From the NCBI GenBank assembly GCA_963664115.2, contig CAXWPJ010000009.1, positions 544,001 to 608,000 of the forward strand: a stretch of 64,000 nt of DNA. The letters run 5' to 3'. The stretch is from Terriglobia bacterium. Lineage in GTDB: Bacteria; Acidobacteriota; Terriglobia; 20CM-2-55-15. Position numbers and translations under genes: made by a program. Of this stretch, positions 59,634-64,000 are shown piece by piece. The notes under the pieces were generated by a model. That model did not search any database. It was given only the letters and a program-made list of their open reading frames with translations, and was not told the origin of the DNA. Numbering within the stretch: position 1 is the stretch's first letter; every line of letters starts with the position of its first letter.

Positions 59634-60784
59634 GTGGTCCCCGTTAAACAGACTGTAACTTATCAAGATTTCGCCGGCCGCGCTGGACTTTAGCAAGGAT
59701 GTCGGAAGCCGTTGCAGTCCAGATGAAGGGTTTCGGGTCTTCATTGTGACGAGCGAGGTAGTCCTCCACGGCCTGGATCAACTCGGGGACCGAGCGGAAA
59801 ACGCCACGCCGGAGTCGTTGCTCGGACAGATCCCGGAAAAAGCGCTCGACCATGTTGAGCCACGACGCACTGGTTGGCGTGAAGTGCACATGAAAACGCT
59901 TGTTACGCTTGAGCCAGTTGACGACTTTCTGATGTTTGTGAGTCGCATAGTTGTCGCAAATAATGTGGATCTCCTTATCTTTCGGCATGGCGCGTTTGAT
60001 CTGATTCAGAAACCGGATCCATTCCTGATGGCGATGCTTTGGCATGCAGGTTCCGATGACCGAACCGTCCAGGATGTTGAGCGCGGCGAAAAGCGTGGTT
60101 GTCCCGTTACGTTTGTAATCGTGGGTCATGGTGCCACACCGCCCCTTCTTCAGAGGTAACCCGGGTTGCGTGCGGTCCAGGGCCTGCATCTGGCTCTTCT
60201 CATCGCAGGACAAGACAATGGCGTTTTCCGGTGGGCTCAGATACAGACCGACCACATCCTCCAGCTTTTCGGCGAATCGTTTGTCGTTGGATAGTTTGAA
60301 GGTTCGTGACAGATGAGGCTTCAGTCCATGGACCCGCCAGATTTTCCCGACCGTGGACTCGCTCACGCCAACGGCCTTCGCCATCGAGGCCCGACTCCAG
60401 TGCGTCGCGTTCGGGGGCTTCTCTTCCAGTGTCTTCTTGACGATCCGGGCTCGCTTCCGGCGACTGATCGTGGGAATCCGTCCGCTTCGCGGCGCATCCT
60501 TTTCGATCCCAGCCAAGCCCTGTTCCACAAAACGATTGCGCCAGCGGCCCGCTTTCTGGCGCGTGATCTCCAAGCGGGCGGCGATCTCATAATTGTTCCG
60601 ACCTTCAGCGGCCAGTAATACAATTCGGGATCGTTCCGCCAACCGGACCGATGTACTCCGGCTTCGACTCAGTCGCTCCAACTCCATCCGCTGCTTGTCA
60701 TCCAATTCAATGGTCGGTGCTTTCCTCATTCTCTATTGGACGTTGGAAAGCTATTTTAGTTACATTACTTCGAGCGGGGTACAC
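59634..60784 (-). mobile_element. IS630-family insertion sequence, copy 2 (1151 bp)
   Basis: Appears identical to copy 1; CTAG at 59631-59634 and 60784-60787. Confidence 0.95.
59644..60729 (-). CDS. IS630-family DDE transposase
   Basis: Protein identical to 3815-4900. Confidence 0.97.
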   Translation of the reverse strand: MRKAPTIELDDKQRMELERLSRSRSTSVRLAERSRIVLLAAEGRNNYEIAARLEITRQKAGRWRNRFVEQGLAGIEKDAPRSGRIPTISRRKRARIVKKTLEEKPPNATHWSRASMAKAVGVSESTVGKIWRVHGLKPHLSRTFKLSNDKRFAEKLEDVVGLYLSPPENAIVLSCDEKSQMQALDRTQPGLPLKKGRCGTMTHDYKRNGTTTLFAALNILDGSVIGTCMPKHRHQEWIRFLNQIKRAMPKDKEIHIICDNYATHKHQKVVNWLKRNKRFHVHFTPTSASWLNMVERFFRDLSEQRLRRGVFRSVPELIQAVEDYLARHNEDPKPFIWTATASDILAKVQRGRRNLDKLQSV

Positions 60785-61053
60785 TAGTCCTTGGTCAGAC
60801 CAAAATACTCATAGTTCGGTGCGATGTATTTCTCTTCTTCCTCCGGCACGTTGTCCTCAGGCCAAATGGCAGTGACCGGGCAGGCTGGCTCACAGGCACC
60901 ACAATCGATGCACTCCTCCGGATGAATGAAGAGCATCTCCGATTCTTCGAAGCCATCTTCATCTTTCTTGGGATGAATGCAATCTACCGGACACGCATCA
61001 ACGCAAGCCGTGTCCTTAGTGCCGATGCACGGCGAACCGATGATATAGGTCAT
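60784..61053 (-). CDS. dicluster (7Fe-type) ferredoxin
   Basis: CIGTKDTACVDACPVDCIH and CIDCGACEPACP motifs. Confidence 0.93.
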   Translation of the reverse strand: MTYIIGSPCIGTKDTACVDACPVDCIHPKKDEDGFEESEMLFIHPEECIDCGACEPACPVTAIWPEDNVPEEEEKYIAPNYEYFGLTKD

Positions 61054-61179
61054 TCTGATCTCCTCTCCTTACAATTTAATTATGGCGTCCGAAAAATGAC
61101 ATTATACACCGACTTTTGCCAACAGGCTGTGGCAGAAGTATCGAGCGCCGCGCCGCACGTCTTACCGATAATCCTCGCG

Positions 61180-62634
61180 TCACTTCAGCATGCGCTTCAG
61201 CACCTTTCCGGAAGGTGTTCTGGGCAGATCATCGACGATCTCAATCACCTTCGGCACTTTGTAGTTCGCCACAAGCTCTTTGCAAAAACTGCGCAGCTCG
61301 CGTTCATCGAGCGTGGCACCGTCCTCAACGATCACAAAAGCCTTGGGAACCTCACCACGCACTTCATCAGGCACACCGATCACGGCCACTTCCTTTACTG
61401 AATCGTGCCTTATGAGCGCTTCTTCGATCTCTCTCGGATAAATATTCTCACCTGCAGATATGATGAGCTCCTTCTTCCGGCCGGTGATCGAAACGAAACC
61501 ATCAGCATCTACCTTGCCAAGATCGCCGGTACGCAACCATCCATTCGTGATCGTCTGTGCAGTCTCTTCAGGGAGGTTGTGGTAACCCTCCATGACGTTC
61601 TGGCCCCGGACCATCACCTCACCGACTGTATCCACCCCCAACGGTTCACCGCTCTCGTTCCAGATCGCAACTTCCACGTTGGGTAACGCGCGACCGACCG
61701 TGCCGAGCTTCCGGTCACCCGGAACATTGAGCGTGATTACAGGGGCCGCTTCGGTTTGCCCATAACCCTCGTAGATATCTACGCCGAAGCGGTTTTCGAA
61801 GGCTTCGGCGATCGCAAGCGGAAGAGGCTCACCGCCAGATATGGGGAATCTCAAGGCGCTGACATCGAATTCCTCATCGGAGGCTGCTAACACCCGATAC
61901 ATCGACGGGATCGCCATGAAACACGAGACCCTCTGCTCTTCGATCAGCTTCAGAACCTTGGTCGGTTGGAATCGATCCACCAGGACGGCCTTGCTTCCGT
62001 TCAGGAGGGGCAGGAGAAAGGTTCCCGTAATAGCGTAGGTATGAAAGAAGGGCAGCAGGCACAAAAAGCTGTCGTCGGGATTGAATTTACCTGCGAGTTG
62101 TGAAGACTCGACGTTCGCAATCAAGTTGGCGTGCGAAAGGGTGACACCTTTCGGACGACCCGTGGTGCCCGAAGTGTACAGATAGAGCGCCGGATCCTGA
62201 TCCGCTGCCGGTTCAATTCCCTCAGCTTCGGGAATGAAATCGGGATCATCAGCCATAAGGATTTTTCCGCGATCACCGAATAAAGGCCGGATCTTTCCAA
62301 TCGCTTCGTCAAAAAACCTGGATGCGATCAGAGCGGACATCCCGGAATCCTTGATGATGAAACCCAGGTCCTGGGGCGGCAGAAGATAATTCAAGGGGAC
62401 GGCGGTCTTTCCTGCCTTCCAAATAGAAAGCATAGATATCAGGTACCGCTGGGAATTCAACAGCAGGATTCCGACGACATCACCGGGGACTTCAGACTTC
62501 AGACGCCGAGCGAGGCGATTTACTTCATCACCCAACTCTCCATAAGTCCACGAGCGCCCTGCTTCATCGACGAGCGCGGTGCGGTCCCTGTATTGCCCGA
62601 CTGTGCTATCGAATTGTTCAGATAAGAAAGGCAT
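61180..62634 (-). CDS. long-chain fatty acid--CoA ligase / AMP-binding protein
   Basis: YTSGTTGRPKG, EGYGQTE, TGDLG and LPRTPSGKVLK motifs. Confidence 0.92.
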   Translation of the reverse strand: MPFLSEQFDSTVGQYRDRTALVDEAGRSWTYGELGDEVNRLARRLKSEVPGDVVGILLLNSQRYLISMLSIWKAGKTAVPLNYLLPPQDLGFIIKDSGMSALIASRFFDEAIGKIRPLFGDRGKILMADDPDFIPEAEGIEPAADQDPALYLYTSGTTGRPKGVTLSHANLIANVESSQLAGKFNPDDSFLCLLPFFHTYAITGTFLLPLLNGSKAVLVDRFQPTKVLKLIEEQRVSCFMAIPSMYRVLAASDEEFDVSALRFPISGGEPLPLAIAEAFENRFGVDIYEGYGQTEAAPVITLNVPGDRKLGTVGRALPNVEVAIWNESGEPLGVDTVGEVMVRGQNVMEGYHNLPEETAQTITNGWLRTGDLGKVDADGFVSITGRKKELIISAGENIYPREIEEALIRHDSVKEVAVIGVPDEVRGEVPKAFVIVEDGATLDERELRSFCKELVANYKVPKVIEIVDDLPRTPSGKVLKRMLK

Positions 62635-62722
62635 ACGACCTCAGCAGGGGCGGAGTATAACACGAGAAAACCCATGCCAGTTGGGGTTCCCGCAGCCCCT
62701 GCGTGAAGGGGGGGGGCTTCTC

Positions 62723-63118
62723 TCAGGAACTCTCCGAAATCGGCGGATGGTAGATAAGCTGGATCAGGATTTGGTCAGGATCGTGGAAATAGAAAGACCG
62801 GGCTCCGTCGCGATGAGTCTTCGGAGGCTTGACCAACCGAATGCCTTGATCCTTGAGGCGCAACGCCCAGACATCGACGTCCTCTGCGGAGAGAACGGCA
62901 AAGCCGACGTGGCCGAGTGTCTGGACTTCGCCGGGTTCACGATCGGGAGGTAGCTGATGGAGCGCGAGGTTGTCGGATCCCGAGGTCAGATAGACGTTTT
63001 CCTCGTCCGGCTTCCACTCCAGTTCCATGCCCAAAACATCACGATAGAATGCCAGTGAGCGGCCCACATCCCGGACATAGAGCGCCACGTGCCGGAGGCC
63101 TATGAAGTGGGGGCTCAT
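62723..63118 (-). CDS. VOC/glyoxalase family protein
   Basis: LRHVAL.V, FY..VLG, HVGF and SFYF.DPD motifs; ATG 63118. Confidence 0.9.
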   Translation of the reverse strand: MSPHFIGLRHVALYVRDVGRSLAFYRDVLGMELEWKPDEENVYLTSGSDNLALHQLPPDREPGEVQTLGHVGFAVLSAEDVDVWALRLKDQGIRLVKPPKTHRDGARSFYFHDPDQILIQLIYHPPISESS

Positions 63119-63280
63119 TGACTTGGCCTCACCGCCAACACTACAATTGTTCCCCTCGTCATCAGACACGCGAGTGTAGCATACGCAGCCGAGGGCAAGT
63201 TGGCCGCCAGGAACCCGCCCCGCACTGCTGAGGTCACGACGAATGCCGTCTTCAAAAACGAATGGAACTTGTCCACAGCC

Positions 63281-64000
63281 ATGAGTCTCAAAAAATCGAG
63301 AAAACCCTATAAGGTTGAGCAGTTGAACGCCTGGCGAATGCATAGCCAATGGCTCGATCGCCCGTTCAAAGGGCGCAATCTCCTCGACCTGGTCCGCTCG
63401 GTCGGATGGATTCACGCCCCCGGCTGTTCCTCCCCGTACCTCTCCCTCTGGGCACGATCGGCTAAGTTCCAGCCCGCAAGCCTGGACCGTCTCGTCTTTA
63501 AGGAGCAGAAGCTCGTCCGATTGGAAACGCTGCGCGGTTGCACCATGCTCGTACCCCGCGAACACGCGCCTATCGCACTCCGCGTGCGGAGCCGCACCTT
63601 CACCGACCTGGCCAGGGATGCCCGCGCTCTGCTGCCCATCAACGAGAAGGAACTCGATCAGCTCAAACGCGCGGTCATCCGCGCGATGGAAAGCGGTTTA
63701 ACAACCCGCGACAAAATCCGCGACACCGTGCCATCGCACCTTGTTCGAGACTTTCCCTTGCGTTTGAAACGGATTGGCCTGACAGAAAGTGTTTCGCTAG
63801 CGATTCGCCTTTTGGAGGAGGACGGACGAATCGTCAAGGTACAGTCCATCAAACAACTGAATTCGAGCGATTACACGTATCAGTTGCTGTCCAACGTCCT
63901 GCCCGAAGTTGATCCGTTTGAGCTGAAGACCGAGATCGCCAATATCGAACTCGCCAGACTTTATTTCCGGTCCGAAGGGCCAGCTCGAATCAAAGACTTC
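63281..64000 (+). CDS. AlkZ/YcaQ-like (HTH_42) DNA glycosylase family protein, partial (runs off the window)
   Basis: Open frame not in the ORF track: PYLSLWAR, LVR..TLRGCTMLVP and LARLYFRSEGPA..KDF motifs. Confidence 0.85.
   Translation, partial: MSLKKSRKPYKVEQLNAWRMHSQWLDRPFKGRNLLDLVRSVGWIHAPGCSSPYLSLWARSAKFQPASLDRLVFKEQKLVRLETLRGCTMLVPREHAPIALRVRSRTFTDLARDARALLPINEKELDQLKRAVIRAMESGLTTRDKIRDTVPSHLVRDFPLRLKRIGLTESVSLAIRLLEEDGRIVKVQSIKQLNSSDYTYQLLSNVLPEVDPFELKTEIANIELARLYFRSEGPARIKDF

Noticed and set aside
3805-60784. Composite transposon that imported the 57-kb block
   Set aside because: Copy 2 has matching native flanks (ferredoxin stop and its terminator), which indicates an independent simple insertion; the block also contains housekeeping genes.
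63119-63565. Long N-terminal extension of the VOC ORF
   Set aside because: Antisense to the AlkZ-like gene; VOC similarity starts at ATG 63118.
1-64000. CRISPR array, tRNA (including tRNA-Sec), rRNA, prophage or defence genes
   Set aside because: No regularly spaced repeats, cloverleaf with a T-loop consensus, or diagnostic proteins were seen by eye.

Overview
Bacterial chromosome segment, probably Acidobacteriota (inferred from gene content). About 45 kb (4.9-49 kb) forms a cell-surface locus. It has a putative major S-layer gene broken by two compensating frameshifts, and four large secreted proteins that each carry a 4-repeat cassette of a domain present once at the S-layer C-terminus; two of them are zinc metalloproteases. 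A type II secretion system (gspE-F-G, L-M-C-D, H-I-J-K) is split by a Wzm/Wzt glycan cluster and headed by an ECF sigma/anti-sigma pair. One promoter-like motif, G(T/A)CTTTTT-N11-GCGTCTT, precedes the sigma gene, gspL and gspH. Two adjacent in-frame-UGA selenoprotein genes (a peroxiredoxin and a PrdB-like protein) are split in the ORF track. Two apparently identical IS630 copies lie in direct orientation 55.8 kb apart. The remainder is a second ECF operon, lysA with a structured leader, ispG, a metallopeptidase, garR, acs, ferredoxin, an acyl-CoA ligase, a VOC protein and a partial AlkZ-like gene. No rRNA, tRNA or CRISPR array was seen. All calls were made by eye, without database searches.
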